Shown one piece after another: positions 34,729 to 44,639 of a stretch of DNA of 45,600 nt (position 1 is its first letter; every line of letters begins with the position of its first letter). Source of the DNA: Gemmataceae bacterium (lineage in GTDB: Bacteria; Planctomycetota; Planctomycetia; Gemmatales; Gemmataceae). The DNA is taken from NCBI GenBank assembly GCA_035656475.1, contig DASRSQ010000355.1:1-45600 (forward strand). Direction: 5' to 3'. Both the position numbers and the translations under genes were made by a program. Below the pieces are notes generated by a model that worked only from the letters and a program-made list of their open reading frames with translations, did no database searches and was not told where the DNA came from.

Positions 34729-36222
34729 CTATTTCGCTGCGGGAATTTCGTTCACGGTGTAATACGCCTTGCGATGTACTAGCTGATCGCCGTCTCGTGC
34801 CCGCAATGCCCCCAAATCGAAATCATAGACGTGACCACGGATCAATTCGTTCAGGACGAGATGCGCGGACGCGCCGTCTTCGGCAAGCCGAGCGGATTGA
34901 ACTTTTGGCGTCGTTTGCTCGATCTCCGGGCCGCCATAACCGGCATGGTAGGGGTGCGTGAAGGTACTGATCTTGTAGGATTTCGGATCGCTGGCCGTCT
35001 TGGAATCGACTGGTTTGGTGAACTCGAGCTTGAAGCCGGTGGATTCGATGGTGATGCGCTTGATTTCAAACGGCATCTTGCCGTTCCATTCGATACGTTC
35101 GAGGGCGAAGGGTTTGGCGCCGCGCACGGGCCAGCCGCGATTGGTGCCGCCGCCCAGCAAATTGCCTTCGGGAGTGAACACGACATTCAAGATGCCGGTG
35201 GAAAGGCCTTCGCGGAATTGGTAGCACGCGCCCTGCCAGACACCTTTGACCCGCTCGGTCGTCGCACGCATGATGATCGATTGCGTATAGTCGCCGACGA
35301 AAATCTGGTCTTCGAACGGACCGAACTTCCCCTTGGTGCGATTCACCGTGAAGCCGGTGATCGAGCGTCCCATGCGAATGTAGGGAAACACCACGGCCGG
35401 GGGGACGAGCTGCTTGACTCTTTCCTTCTCGACGACGATCCGCGAGCCGGATTTCGGCATCGGCGGGACTGGCCCCATCTCCGGCGCATACTTGTACCAG
35501 TTGAAGCTTGCTGGATGCCCCTGAAAGCTGCCCGGGGTGACGGCTTTCAGGCTGCACGCGCAGTTCCACGGCCCCTGGCTCTCGACGTAAAACAGATCGC
35601 CAGTCTCGTTGAAGCCGATCCCTCCTGGACTGCGCAATCCGCTCGCCACGGCGGTCGTCTTGCCGTCGGGCGTAACTTTCAGAATAAAGCCGCGATAGAG
35701 GGCACGCGATTCGTAGGAGAACGACAAGCCGAGCGCGACGTACTGATTTCCTTCGCGGTCGAATCGTGAACCGAAGGCATATTCGTGGTAATTTGCATAG
35801 CCCCACGCGTCCGAGAGTGTCTCGAACTTGTTTGCTTTGCCGGTCTTTTTGGTATCGCTGACGCGCGTAAGTTCGCAACTCTGCGTGACGTAGAAGGCAT
35901 TGTCCTTGAATTCGAGGCCGAAGATCTCATCGAGGCCGGTCGCGAACAGATGGTACGACGGGTTCGGTCGCTTCGCATCGGCCCCACTGACAATGTAAAT
36001 CTCGCCGTGCCGCGTGCCGACGGCGACCCGACCATCGGGCAGCACGCAAAACGCGCCTGCCTCGATCACGAGTCCTTTCGGGATTGGGACGTTGACAATC
36101 GGGTAGAATTCGCGTTCGCGCTCCTCGGTGCCCCAGCGGGCGCCGACTTCCTCGGCCTTGGCGATCGAAGCAGTCAGCGCACAAACTGCAAGGAGCAACA
36201 GCAATTTACCTGAGCAATTCAT
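34729..36222 (-). CDS. Secreted beta-propeller protein (sugar-dehydrogenase/NHL-like fold; partner of the upstream cytochrome)
   Basis: Signal peptide MNCSGKLLLLLAVCALTASIAKA. Blade-like repeats: LPDGRVAVGTRHGEIYIV, VTPDGKTTAVASGLRSPGGIGFNETGDLFYVESQGPW. Its start overlaps the upstream gene by 17 nt. Confidence 0.6.
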   Translation of the reverse strand: MNCSGKLLLLLAVCALTASIAKAEEVGARWGTEEREREFYPIVNVPIPKGLVIEAGAFCVLPDGRVAVGTRHGEIYIVSGADAKRPNPSYHLFATGLDEIFGLEFKDNAFYVTQSCELTRVSDTKKTGKANKFETLSDAWGYANYHEYAFGSRFDREGNQYVALGLSFSYESRALYRGFILKVTPDGKTTAVASGLRSPGGIGFNETGDLFYVESQGPWNCACSLKAVTPGSFQGHPASFNWYKYAPEMGPVPPMPKSGSRIVVEKERVKQLVPPAVVFPYIRMGRSITGFTVNRTKGKFGPFEDQIFVGDYTQSIIMRATTERVKGVWQGACYQFREGLSTGILNVVFTPEGNLLGGGTNRGWPVRGAKPFALERIEWNGKMPFEIKRITIESTGFKLEFTKPVDSKTASDPKSYKISTFTHPYHAGYGGPEIEQTTPKVQSARLAEDGASAHLVLNELIRGHVYDFDLGALRARDGDQLVHRKAYYTVNEIPAAK

Positions 36223-38536
36223 AGGTCACAGTCCGCGTCGATTGGCCTTTGGGAATATCGAATCGGAGCAAGAGTTCGAGCGTATTCTTGTCGGCGGAGT
36301 TTGCTCGCAGCACCGCAGGAACGGACGGGATGCTCAGGCGAATCTGGTCCGTCTTGAACCGCTCCTTGGATTCGGCTTCGATCTTCCCGGTGAGAGCGCG
36401 AAACCAAAGAGTTTGTTCCTTGGGCGAGTGAAACATCAAGTGCCGACGAAGCCGATTGTCCTTGCCGGCGTCTGCGGGCACGGAGCGGTCCTCAATCTCA
36501 ATGGTAGTGCACCGGTAAAGAAAGGTCGGTATCGAAGCATCGTCGAGTTGATAACCCTTGAACTGGTAGCCGCGATTCTTCGGATAAAGCGGATCGGGGT
36601 TGACCGGCGCCTCCTTGGTCATCACCGGCCGTAGTGGCCAGGACGTTTTCTCATTCACAAGGTCGAAGAACGACAGATCCTGGGCGAGCTCGACAAATTT
36701 GCTTGCCGGGCGGAATGCGCCAGAACCCTGGCCGCCGCGATCGACATTGATGAAATCGCCGCGCCAGATGGCCGACAACGTCCCGGTCTCAGCGTTGAAG
36801 GCGTAGTTCAGCTTCTCCGGAAAGCCGACCGCAATGCCGCGGTAGCCGGCAACGTTGCTGCGGCCGCGATAGGTGTGCGTGGCGTCCGTCACGGCAATCT
36901 TGGTGGCGACATTCTGGATGCCGGGCGGATCGGCCGCGGAAGTTCCCAGCGACAGATAGTACCAGATTGCCTCGATCTGCCGGTCCGTCTTGCCGTCGAG
37001 AACCGTCTTCAGCATTGCCTGGCCATCCGGCCATGACGTGGGCATGATCGTGCGTGGGCGAAAGGCGTTTGGATCACGCAAGTAGTGATAAAACCAACTC
37101 GGCTGCAGACGCTGATACGAGATCATCAAATCGATTCCCTTGAAATTGCTCGCTTTCCCGTTGAAGGTGTGACATGCGATGCAATTCAACGCCTTGTTGC
37201 CAAGCATCTCGCGGCCGGCGACGCGCAGTTCTCGTTCGCGTTCGCGCTCCTTCTTGTTCGGGCTCTCCACATTCGGAATCGAAAGGTCAACTTTTGCCAC
37301 CGAATCAAGATCTGCGAACAACTTCGGCAGATGCGAGAGGTTCGACTCTCCAAATTGCGGCATGCGTGTCAGCATGTAAGGTCGCACGCTATCGCCGTCG
37401 AAGAGCATTTTCTTGACGGCAACGGGTCGCAACTTGGCGCCGACCAGGGTGAGTGGCGGCGGAATGCGAGCCTCTTCGCCAAGATTGATCTCACTGGTCT
37501 TGAAATGAGCATTGCGCTCGGCCGAGACGCCGCCGTAGTCGTCCCGGGCATGACAAGCGATACAGTTAAACGCGGTCAATGTTGTCGCCAGCCTGGTCTT
37601 TTCCGAGGCTGGCGTCGCCTTCTGCGTAAGTGCCGCCCGGATCGCTTTGGCCTGGTCGTCGCTCAAGTTGAAACGCGGGCTTCGGCCAGGCATTTTCGAC
37701 AGACAGCCGCCATCCAGATTCGACCCATTCAATGTGGAAACGGGTGCGGCGGCGGCGATGCCACCGAACTTGTGGCACGAGGCGCAGTTGAGGCGTTGAA
37801 AATGCTTCTTGCCAAGGGCAACCAGCCCGGGCTGCGGTTGAATCGCGCTGACTGGGGCGTCCGCCTTTCCGAGCAAGTAGCTGGCCAGCGCTTTGGCCTC
37901 GACCTGCGTCAATTTCAAGTCCGGCATCCGGCCCGATGGCCGCACACGGAGCGGGTCTTGAAGAAACTCGGCCAGGGATACCAAGCTGTATTTCGCCGGA
38001 ACGTGAGCGAGCTCGACAATGCCCACCTGAGTCGTCTCCTTGCCGCCGTCATCGCGCGACGAGTGACAGGCGACGCAGCCGATCGTGTGAAAGATTGCCT
38101 TGCCCGCGACGGCGTCTTCTTCTTTGATCTTGTCCCGTTGAAATTTGCGAGGCGATTGAGCGACCAAAAAATGAGTAATGGATTCGGCGATCTTGGCGCG
38201 CTCTTCCGCCGATTCGGCCGCGAGCAGATCGGGCATGGCCGTGCCTCCATGTGCGGCCGCTGGCGACGCGACGAACTTGCGCAGGAATTCCGGGGCCACA
38301 CGCGAGCCGACGTCGGCCAAATTCGGCGCCGTCCTTTCGAGCGGCTGGATATCTTTCATATCTTTCAGACCGTGACACGCGGCGCAGCGCATTTCACCGA
38401 GCATCAGCCGCCCCACTTCGGGCACCGTGAGGGGATGTTTGTTCGCCAATCCCGGAAGCCGTGGCGAGGCAGCGCATGTCGCAGCGAACAACGGCGCACA
38501 CAGCAAGGCCAATAGCGAATGGCGCAATATTCTCAC
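36206..38536 (-). CDS. Secreted pentahaem c-type cytochrome with a large C-terminal non-haem domain
   Basis: Five CxxCH motifs: CAACH, CVACH, CASCH, CIACH, CIACH. Signal peptide MRILRHSLLALLCAPLFAATCAA. 776 aa. Confidence 0.75.
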   Translation of the reverse strand: MRILRHSLLALLCAPLFAATCAASPRLPGLANKHPLTVPEVGRLMLGEMRCAACHGLKDMKDIQPLERTAPNLADVGSRVAPEFLRKFVASPAAAHGGTAMPDLLAAESAEERAKIAESITHFLVAQSPRKFQRDKIKEEDAVAGKAIFHTIGCVACHSSRDDGGKETTQVGIVELAHVPAKYSLVSLAEFLQDPLRVRPSGRMPDLKLTQVEAKALASYLLGKADAPVSAIQPQPGLVALGKKHFQRLNCASCHKFGGIAAAAPVSTLNGSNLDGGCLSKMPGRSPRFNLSDDQAKAIRAALTQKATPASEKTRLATTLTAFNCIACHARDDYGGVSAERNAHFKTSEINLGEEARIPPPLTLVGAKLRPVAVKKMLFDGDSVRPYMLTRMPQFGESNLSHLPKLFADLDSVAKVDLSIPNVESPNKKERERERELRVAGREMLGNKALNCIACHTFNGKASNFKGIDLMISYQRLQPSWFYHYLRDPNAFRPRTIMPTSWPDGQAMLKTVLDGKTDRQIEAIWYYLSLGTSAADPPGIQNVATKIAVTDATHTYRGRSNVAGYRGIAVGFPEKLNYAFNAETGTLSAIWRGDFINVDRGGQGSGAFRPASKFVELAQDLSFFDLVNEKTSWPLRPVMTKEAPVNPDPLYPKNRGYQFKGYQLDDASIPTFLYRCTTIEIEDRSVPADAGKDNRLRRHLMFHSPKEQTLWFRALTGKIEAESKERFKTDQIRLSIPSVPAVLRANSADKNTLELLLRFDIPKGQSTRTVTYELLR

Positions 38537-38635
38537 GCGACGACCTCACAGATCAGGCGACAAGAGTGTCACTGGCCAATTGTATTGGTAAGAATAGGGT
38601 ACGATTCCGTGCGCTTGCCAATAGAGGTCACGACC

Positions 38636-40279
38636 ATGGTTCTTTCCCGTTTCCTTTCGATATTCGGATGCTTCCTGTTCGCGGCGTTCCTGCGCGCGGC
38701 CGACAAGCCTGTGAAAGTATTTGTTCTTGCCGGGCAATCGAATATGCAGGGGACGGGGTTTGTGAAAGCCGACCCGAAGCGCAACGGCGGCAAAGGAAGC
38801 CTTGAATACCTCGTCAAGGATCCCGCCACGGCCGACCGGTTCAAACACCTCGTGAGCAAGGATGGCAAATGGGTCGTCCGTGATGATGTCTGGATCCACT
38901 ACTTCGATCGCAAGGGCAAACTCACCGTGGGCTTTGCCGGCAATGGCGATCAAATTGGCCCAGAGCTGGGTTTTGGTCACATCGTCGGCGACGCGCTTGA
39001 GGAGCCGGTTCTGCTCATCAAGTTGGCCTGGGGCGGGAAGAGCTTGGCAAAAGATTTCCGGCCACCAAGTTCCGGCGGCGACGTGGGGCCGTACTACAAG
39101 GAAATCGTTCAGCGAACCAAGGACGTCCTGAGCAACATTGACAAGGAGTTCCCGCAATGGAAGGGACGCGGCCACGAACTCGCCGGTTTCGGCTGGCATC
39201 AGGGGTGGAACGACCGCGTCAATCAGGCATTCAACGACGAATACGAAAAGAACATGGCCAACTTCATCCGCGATATTCGCAAGGACCTCGGCGTGAAGAA
39301 TCTTCCCTTCGTGATCGCCGAGACCGGCATGAGCGGCAGCGAGGAAAAGCACCCGCGTGCCCTCTCCCTCATGAAGGCCCAGGCCGCGGTCGCCGAATAC
39401 AAGGAGTTCAAGGGAAACGTCGCGTTCGTCGGGACGAAGGCATTTTGGCGCGCCAAGGAAGTATCGCCGAGCGGGCAGGCGTTCCACTGGAACACCAATG
39501 CCGAGACCTACTATCTCATCGGCGAGGCGATGGGCAAGGCCATGACGAAACTGTGCGCGACGAAAGCACAATCAACGGATGGCGACTTCAAGCCGGACCA
39601 GAGCAAGCTCCCTGTCCCGGCGCCCAAAAACGCCATCGTGCTCCTTGACGACAAAGGAAACCACTCGTTTCTCAGCATGGCGGGCGAGGCGATCAACTGG
39701 CCAATCAAGGATGGGATGATCACTCCGACGTTCAAAGGAAATCGAAATCATATCGTCTCCAAACTCCACTTCCGGGACGCTGACATTCACGTCGAGTTCA
39801 TGCTGCCGGAAAAAGGTCCCGGCAACAGCGGCGTTTACATCCACGGCCACTACGAGGTGCAGATTTTCAACTCGTTCGGCAAGCAAGCCGTTACTCAAGA
39901 AGATGCCGGGGCTCTCTATGGCTTTCACAAGCCGCTCGTGAATGCGTGCCGCAAGCCGGGCGAGTGGCAGGTCTTTGACATCCGTTACCGGGCGCCCCGA
40001 CGCGACAAGTCGGGGAAGATCACCGAGAACGGAACGGTCACGGTGTGGTTCAACGGGAAAAAAGTGCAGGATGTCGCTGCGTTCGGCGAGCCCAGGTCAA
40101 CATTCCATCCGTTTCGCTTCGGCACTACCCCTTACCTGGAGAAGATCCGAGATCGGCAGAAGCAGACAATGACCGGCCCGGTGTTCCTTCAGGATCATGG
40201 AAATCCCGTGCAGTTCCGTAATATCTGGGTCATTCCCTCGGACGACCTCGCATTTGTCTACGATCCGACCGGTAAGTAA
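38636..40279 (+). CDS. SGNH/sialate-O-acetylesterase-like domain fused to DUF1080 (3-keto-disaccharide-hydrolase-like) domain
   Basis: ATG 38636 gives signal peptide MVLSRFLSIFGCFLFAAFLRAA. VFVLAGQSNMQG is the GQSNM esterase motif. C-terminal DUF1080-like motifs: DIHVEFMLP...NSGVYIHGHYEVQIFNS...GPVFLQDHGNPVQFRNIWV. Confidence 0.75.
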   Translation: MVLSRFLSIFGCFLFAAFLRAADKPVKVFVLAGQSNMQGTGFVKADPKRNGGKGSLEYLVKDPATADRFKHLVSKDGKWVVRDDVWIHYFDRKGKLTVGFAGNGDQIGPELGFGHIVGDALEEPVLLIKLAWGGKSLAKDFRPPSSGGDVGPYYKEIVQRTKDVLSNIDKEFPQWKGRGHELAGFGWHQGWNDRVNQAFNDEYEKNMANFIRDIRKDLGVKNLPFVIAETGMSGSEEKHPRALSLMKAQAAVAEYKEFKGNVAFVGTKAFWRAKEVSPSGQAFHWNTNAETYYLIGEAMGKAMTKLCATKAQSTDGDFKPDQSKLPVPAPKNAIVLLDDKGNHSFLSMAGEAINWPIKDGMITPTFKGNRNHIVSKLHFRDADIHVEFMLPEKGPGNSGVYIHGHYEVQIFNSFGKQAVTQEDAGALYGFHKPLVNACRKPGEWQVFDIRYRAPRRDKSGKITENGTVTVWFNGKKVQDVAAFGEPRSTFHPFRFGTTPYLEKIRDRQKQTMTGPVFLQDHGNPVQFRNIWVIPSDDLAFVYDPTGK

Positions 40280-40365
40280 TTTGAGCTTGAGTCATACGCC
40301 CATTCGCAAGTCCTGGCTTCGGAGGGGCGGATTCGAGATGATCGAGGAATGGGAGAGCTTGGACG

Positions 40366-40422
40366 AAAAAATGTGACGCCAATTGCATTTTCAATAAATG
40401 GTTGAAAAACCTCTGGCGTGAC
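40366..40422 (-). terminator. Compound hairpin followed by T6 on the minus strand
   Basis: The minus strand reads GTCACGCCA..TTTTCAA-CCATTTA-TTGAAAA..TGGCGTCAC-A-TTTTTT (stem 40373-40422, T-run 40366-40371). It lies about 215 nt downstream of the stop of gene 40636-42060. Confidence 0.45.
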
Positions 40423-40635
40423 TCCCTTATGCTCCTTATGCTCTCGTGCTGCTGAAATGAGTGACCGACGCTTCTTCTTCGTGCCATTACGGTCCGGCTC
40501 GTGATCATCGCTGCCGAATTCGTCCTCGGCATCCTGAGTAGGGAAGCGATCAGGCACAGCACGGACCGGCAGCGATGCGGCCTATCTTTATATTCGTGCG
40601 CGATTCGGCAGCAGAACCGCGCACGCTGATTTAGT

Positions 40636-42060
40636 TCACTTGGCAACCTTCACCGGGGGCGGCGTCCACGTCCCATCAATGATTGACGGAGCCGATACCT
40701 GCGGCCAGTAAAGCCGCATCATCAGGATGAACTTGCCAGAGGGGGCCGGTAGCCAGTTCGACTCCTTCTCCTTGCCCGGCGAGTCCTTCTGAATGTAGAG
40801 GTCCAGAGAACCGTCGTCATTGTACTTCAGGCTGTTGCGGGGGCTGAGGGTGTAACGGTTGAGCGGGTTCTTGACGAAAAAGTAGTCGCCGTCATACATC
40901 GTCAAAGACCAGAAGCCCTTGGCTGGCGGAGTCTGGCCTTTGGGGAAGTGCATGACGTACTTGTTGGCCCCATCATACGGCTTTCCATCGCCATCGACTT
41001 CCGAGGTAGGGTAGACAGCATCTTGGGGCCGGTTCGCCCCAAGTCCGATGGCAGTAACAAAGGCCCGTTGGAGGTAGTTGGTTCCGTAGATGCCTGTCTC
41101 CGTCATGATCTGCCAGCCATTTACCTCCTTGCCAGCCTGCTTGAAGTAGCCCATGATCTTCGCTTGGGCTGCTTTCGGCACCCCCTGCAAGGCTTTCGCC
41201 ACGGCGGGATCAAGTTTGCTCATGTCGAAGTCCTTGCCAGGAACAATCCCGATCTTTGCCAACTTCTCGACCATAGGTGAGTCGGCCTTGGCCGGTGGGT
41301 TGTCTTTCAAGAGCGAGGCCAGCATCTTAAAGTACGTCGCAGCATCCAGCCGGTTCACCTGATCCCGCACAGGAGTCTTCATGTCGATATCGGGATCGAC
41401 CTTTCCCTTGGGCGGCGTGTAGGCTTTCCCGTAGGCACTGAGCGGCACGAGGGCATATTTATCTTGGATGGCGTGGACAGCCTTGTAATCTTCCGGCGTG
41501 CCGGTGCAGTAGGTCCGACCGATGATCCAAACCGTGCTGGTTGGAGATTTCAATTCCTTGACGCCTTCGGGCAGGTCGCCCTTCCAGCCAGGGCCAGTGA
41601 TGGCGTACTTCTGAGGGCCAGTGCCGGTAGTCCGCTTCCCTGGTACGGCAAAAACGTCCGTCCAACCGGAAAGCATAGGCAACAGGAAGTACCGCCCTTC
41701 CTCGTCGGGAATGCTCAAAACGTATGGCTCCTTGCCCACGTCGAGGAACGCAGACGAGTAAAGCGTGTCGGCGTTGGGAGCCGTCACGTCCTTGAAAGCT
41801 GCCGTGGGGTACTCCCTCAAGTTCACGAACTGGCCCATTGGCCCCCGCATCCCTTTCACCGTCGGCGAGTTGGTTATCACCTGCCGAGTCATCTCCACTG
41901 TGACCAGCGGGTAGCCATAGATGTAGGCTTCCACGGCGATCTTGGCGGCTTCTTCGGCGTCCGGCTTTGTGTCCTGGGCTGGCACTGGCCTGGTCATGGC
42001 CGTCCAGCCGAGGGCGACGGCGGCAACGATGCCGCAGGTCAGCCACTTGGCTGTCTTCAT
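40636..42060 (-). CDS. DUF1254 + DUF1214 domain protein (secreted)
   Basis: Signal peptide MKTAKWLTCGIVAAVALGWTAMT. AVEAYIYGYPLVTVEMTR is the DUF1254 signature. C-terminal FWSLTMYD...NWLPAP...LMMRLYWP is DUF1214-like. Confidence 0.85.
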   Translation of the reverse strand: MKTAKWLTCGIVAAVALGWTAMTRPVPAQDTKPDAEEAAKIAVEAYIYGYPLVTVEMTRQVITNSPTVKGMRGPMGQFVNLREYPTAAFKDVTAPNADTLYSSAFLDVGKEPYVLSIPDEEGRYFLLPMLSGWTDVFAVPGKRTTGTGPQKYAITGPGWKGDLPEGVKELKSPTSTVWIIGRTYCTGTPEDYKAVHAIQDKYALVPLSAYGKAYTPPKGKVDPDIDMKTPVRDQVNRLDAATYFKMLASLLKDNPPAKADSPMVEKLAKIGIVPGKDFDMSKLDPAVAKALQGVPKAAQAKIMGYFKQAGKEVNGWQIMTETGIYGTNYLQRAFVTAIGLGANRPQDAVYPTSEVDGDGKPYDGANKYVMHFPKGQTPPAKGFWSLTMYDGDYFFVKNPLNRYTLSPRNSLKYNDDGSLDLYIQKDSPGKEKESNWLPAPSGKFILMMRLYWPQVSAPSIIDGTWTPPPVKVAK

Positions 42061-42461
42061 GGTGTTTCCCTTTCATACCGGTCACTTGCTGATGCGGCTA
42101 TTTTATGGAGCGGTTGGGCAGAGAGATAGAGTCGGCGGCGGTCTGTGCTTCCACCTGCATTCGTTGCTCGTCGGCCAGCAGGCCGCTGCGGAATTGGGTG
42201 ACGTCGAGCGGGAGGGCGTGTCCGACGAGGAGGCGGTGAAGGGCTGGATTCAGCGAGCGGTGAAATTCGTGGGGAAGCTGCCTGCGAAGCAGAACGCCGC
42301 CCGCTTCCCTTCTGCCCCTATGTCAGCAAAATGCTGTTCGGATAAGATATGCCCAGTGTGCATGATCCACTACCGGGCGAGCCAAGAAAACTGGTGAAAA
42401 ACAGGCAAACCGTGAAAATGGTACAAAGCCAAAAAAGGTGAACAGCAAAGGAAATACGGTA

Positions 42462-43484
42462 ATGATTCGCATCGGCATCGTCGGCGTCGGTTTCATGGGC
42501 ATGATCCATTATCTCGCCGCGCGGAAGCTCAACGGCGCGCGAGTCGAGGCGATTTGCAGCCGCGATGAGGCGAAGCTGGCCGGCGACTGGCGGTCCATCC
42601 AGGGTAACTTCGGGCCGCGCGGGGAAATGATGGACCTGGGCGGGATCAGGAAATATCGCAGCGTCGAGGAGATGGTTGCGGATAAAGACCTCGATCTCAT
42701 CGATGTCTGTAATCCGACGCACCTTCATCCCGCAACCGCGATCAAGGCGCTGCAAGCCGGCAAGCACGTCCTCGTCGAGAAGGCGATTGCGCTCGACACC
42801 TGGGATGCCGACGCCATGCTCGATGCGGCCGCGAAGGCGAAGAAATTATTGATGGTCGCGCATGTGTTGCCATTCTTTCCGGAGTTCGCCTATGCCGCCG
42901 AAGCGATTCGCGGCGGGCGCTTTGGCAAGCTTCTCGGCGGGCATTTCAAGCGCATCATCTCCAAGCCTGACTGGTCCGCGGAGATTGGCGATGCGTCGAA
43001 GACCGGCGGGCCTGCGATCGATTTGCACATCCATGACACCCATTTCATCGGCCTGGTATGTGGTGTTCCCCGGCAGGTCTTCTCAACCGGCGTCGTTGCC
43101 AATGGCGCGGTCGACTACCTGACCACCTCGTACCTCTACGCCCCGGGCGGTCCGGCAATCACCTGCTCCTCCGGCGCCCTCACCATGAAGGGGCGCCCAT
43201 TCGTCCACGGCTATGAGATCTATCTCGAGAAGGCGACGCTCGTTTACGAATCGGGCACCTGCCCGCTGACCGTGCTGAAAGCGGATGGCTCCAGCGATCA
43301 GCCCAAGTTTGCCGGCGGCGACGATGCCACCACCGCCTTCACCAGCGAAATCCAGTCGGCCATCGACGGTATCAACGCCGGACGCGAACATGATTGCCTA
43401 AGCGGCAAGCTGGCGCGCGATGCCCTGGTCATGTGCTTTCGCGAATGCGAATCGGTCAAGTCAGGCAAAGTCATCGACATCTGA
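42462..43484 (+). CDS. Gfo/Idh/MocA family NAD(P)-dependent oxidoreductase
   Basis: ATG 42462 gives MIRIGIVGVGFMGMIHY (Rossmann), plus CNPTHLHPATAIKALQAGKHVLVEKA. The track ORF starts at 42438. Confidence 0.85.
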   Translation: MIRIGIVGVGFMGMIHYLAARKLNGARVEAICSRDEAKLAGDWRSIQGNFGPRGEMMDLGGIRKYRSVEEMVADKDLDLIDVCNPTHLHPATAIKALQAGKHVLVEKAIALDTWDADAMLDAAAKAKKLLMVAHVLPFFPEFAYAAEAIRGGRFGKLLGGHFKRIISKPDWSAEIGDASKTGGPAIDLHIHDTHFIGLVCGVPRQVFSTGVVANGAVDYLTTSYLYAPGGPAITCSSGALTMKGRPFVHGYEIYLEKATLVYESGTCPLTVLKADGSSDQPKFAGGDDATTAFTSEIQSAIDGINAGREHDCLSGKLARDALVMCFRECESVKSGKVIDI

Positions 43485-43601
43485 CATGGCTCCTCGGCTC
43501 CGCGCATTGGTGTTTACACCGGATGCGCTGAAAACTTGCTTTCACCCCAAAGCGTGACCTAGACTTCCCGAAGGGGAGGAGATTGCCTTCGGGGATGCGC
43601 C

Positions 43602-44591
43602 ATGTCAGCCCGCCGTGCCCGGTTTGCGCTTGCACTTTTGTTGGCTATCTGCCCGAGCGCCATTGCCCAGGATTCGTTGCCAGGCGTCTTCTACAAGAAA
43701 GTGCCTGACAGCATCCAGGACCTGCGCGACATTGAATCGCATGTGCAGGATCTCATCGAACGGGTCCGGCCCGCGACAGTCTGCCTGCGCATCGGCAATT
43801 CGCAAGGCAGCGGCGTCATCATCAATCGCCAGGGCTACATCCTCACTGCGGGACATGTCTCCGGCGAGCCCAACCGCGAGGCGACCGTGATCCTCGCCGA
43901 CGGCCGACGCCTGCGTGGCAAAACGCTCGGCGCCAATCATGGCGTCGATAGCGGCATGGTCGTCCTCACCGAAAAGGCAAACGTCCCTTACCTGGACCTG
44001 GCGCGCTCGGCGGACGTGCATATCGGGCAATGGTGTCTGGCCCTCGGCCATCCGGGCGGCCTCAAGCCGGGGCGACCGACGGTCGCGCGCCTGGGACGCG
44101 TGCAATTTGCCGACGAGTCGGCCATCGTGTCCGATTGCGTCCTCGTTGGCGGCGATTCGGGCGGACCGCTCTTCGACATGTATGGCGACGTCATCGGCAT
44201 CAATAGCCGCATCGGCAACAAGGTGACGGCGAACGTGCATGTGCCGGTCGACACCTATCACGACACGTGGAGTCGGCTGACCAAAGGCGAGTCCTGGGGC
44301 GCACCGCCGAAGGTGCTGACCTTCAACAAGCCGGCGGCAGCGTACATGGGGGTAAGCGCCAGCGTCCAGAACAAGACGTTGCGCGTGGTGCTGGTGACGC
44401 CGGGCTCTCCCGCGGATCATGCGGGGCTGAAGACGGACGATGTCATTGTCAGCATCGACAACTTCTATTTCCTGTCATCCGACGATTTCGCGGACTTCAT
44501 GCGCAGCCGACGTCCCGGCGCCCGACTCACGCTGCAGGTCCGCCGCGGCGCCGAGAACCTCGCGATTTCGGTGGTGCTCGGAAAGCGTTGA
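43602..44591 (+). CDS. HtrA/DegP-like S1C serine protease with C-terminal PDZ domain
   Basis: Signal peptide MSARRARFALALLLAICPSAIAQ. Catalytic triad contexts ILTAGHV, VDSGMVVL and GGDSGGPLF. PDZ segment: YMGVSA...VTPGSPADHAGLKTDDVIVSID. Confidence 0.85.
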   Translation: MSARRARFALALLLAICPSAIAQDSLPGVFYKKVPDSIQDLRDIESHVQDLIERVRPATVCLRIGNSQGSGVIINRQGYILTAGHVSGEPNREATVILADGRRLRGKTLGANHGVDSGMVVLTEKANVPYLDLARSADVHIGQWCLALGHPGGLKPGRPTVARLGRVQFADESAIVSDCVLVGGDSGGPLFDMYGDVIGINSRIGNKVTANVHVPVDTYHDTWSRLTKGESWGAPPKVLTFNKPAAAYMGVSASVQNKTLRVVLVTPGSPADHAGLKTDDVIVSIDNFYFLSSDDFADFMRSRRPGARLTLQVRRGAENLAISVVLGKR

Positions 44592-44639
44592 GAACCGCAC
44601 GCAGCTGAGTAACGCGAGGCATAAGCTCGCCTTATGGAG

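Noticed and set aside
34831-35769. 312-aa + ORF. The same applies to similar ORFs at 37085-38515 (+), 38546-39571 (-), 43605-44420 (-) and 44843-45571 (-).
   Set aside because: All lie antisense to CDSs with signal peptides and family motifs. Their composition is typical of GC-rich shadow frames.
40230-40646. 138-aa and 99-aa minus-strand ORFs in the 40.3-40.6 kb spacer.
   Set aside because: Both read through a hairpin-plus-T6 terminator and into the convergent esterase gene. They have no SD or motifs.
42140-42397. The + strand ORF tail ...AAELGDVEREGVSDEEAVKGWIQRAVKFVGKLPAKQ, which looks protein-like, in the divergent spacer before the Gfo/Idh/MocA gene.
   Set aside because: It has no start context or recognisable family. 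It overlaps the upstream region of the DUF1254 gene. It may be a gene remnant, but I cannot support that.
43567-43593. Hairpin CCCGAAGG-GGAGGAGATTG-CCTTCGGG upstream of the HtrA-like gene, considered as an SD-masking thermosensor.
   Set aside because: The GGAGGA sits in the loop and is therefore exposed, and it lies 21 nt from the ATG. This does not fit a sequestration mechanism. It may simply be a leader structure.
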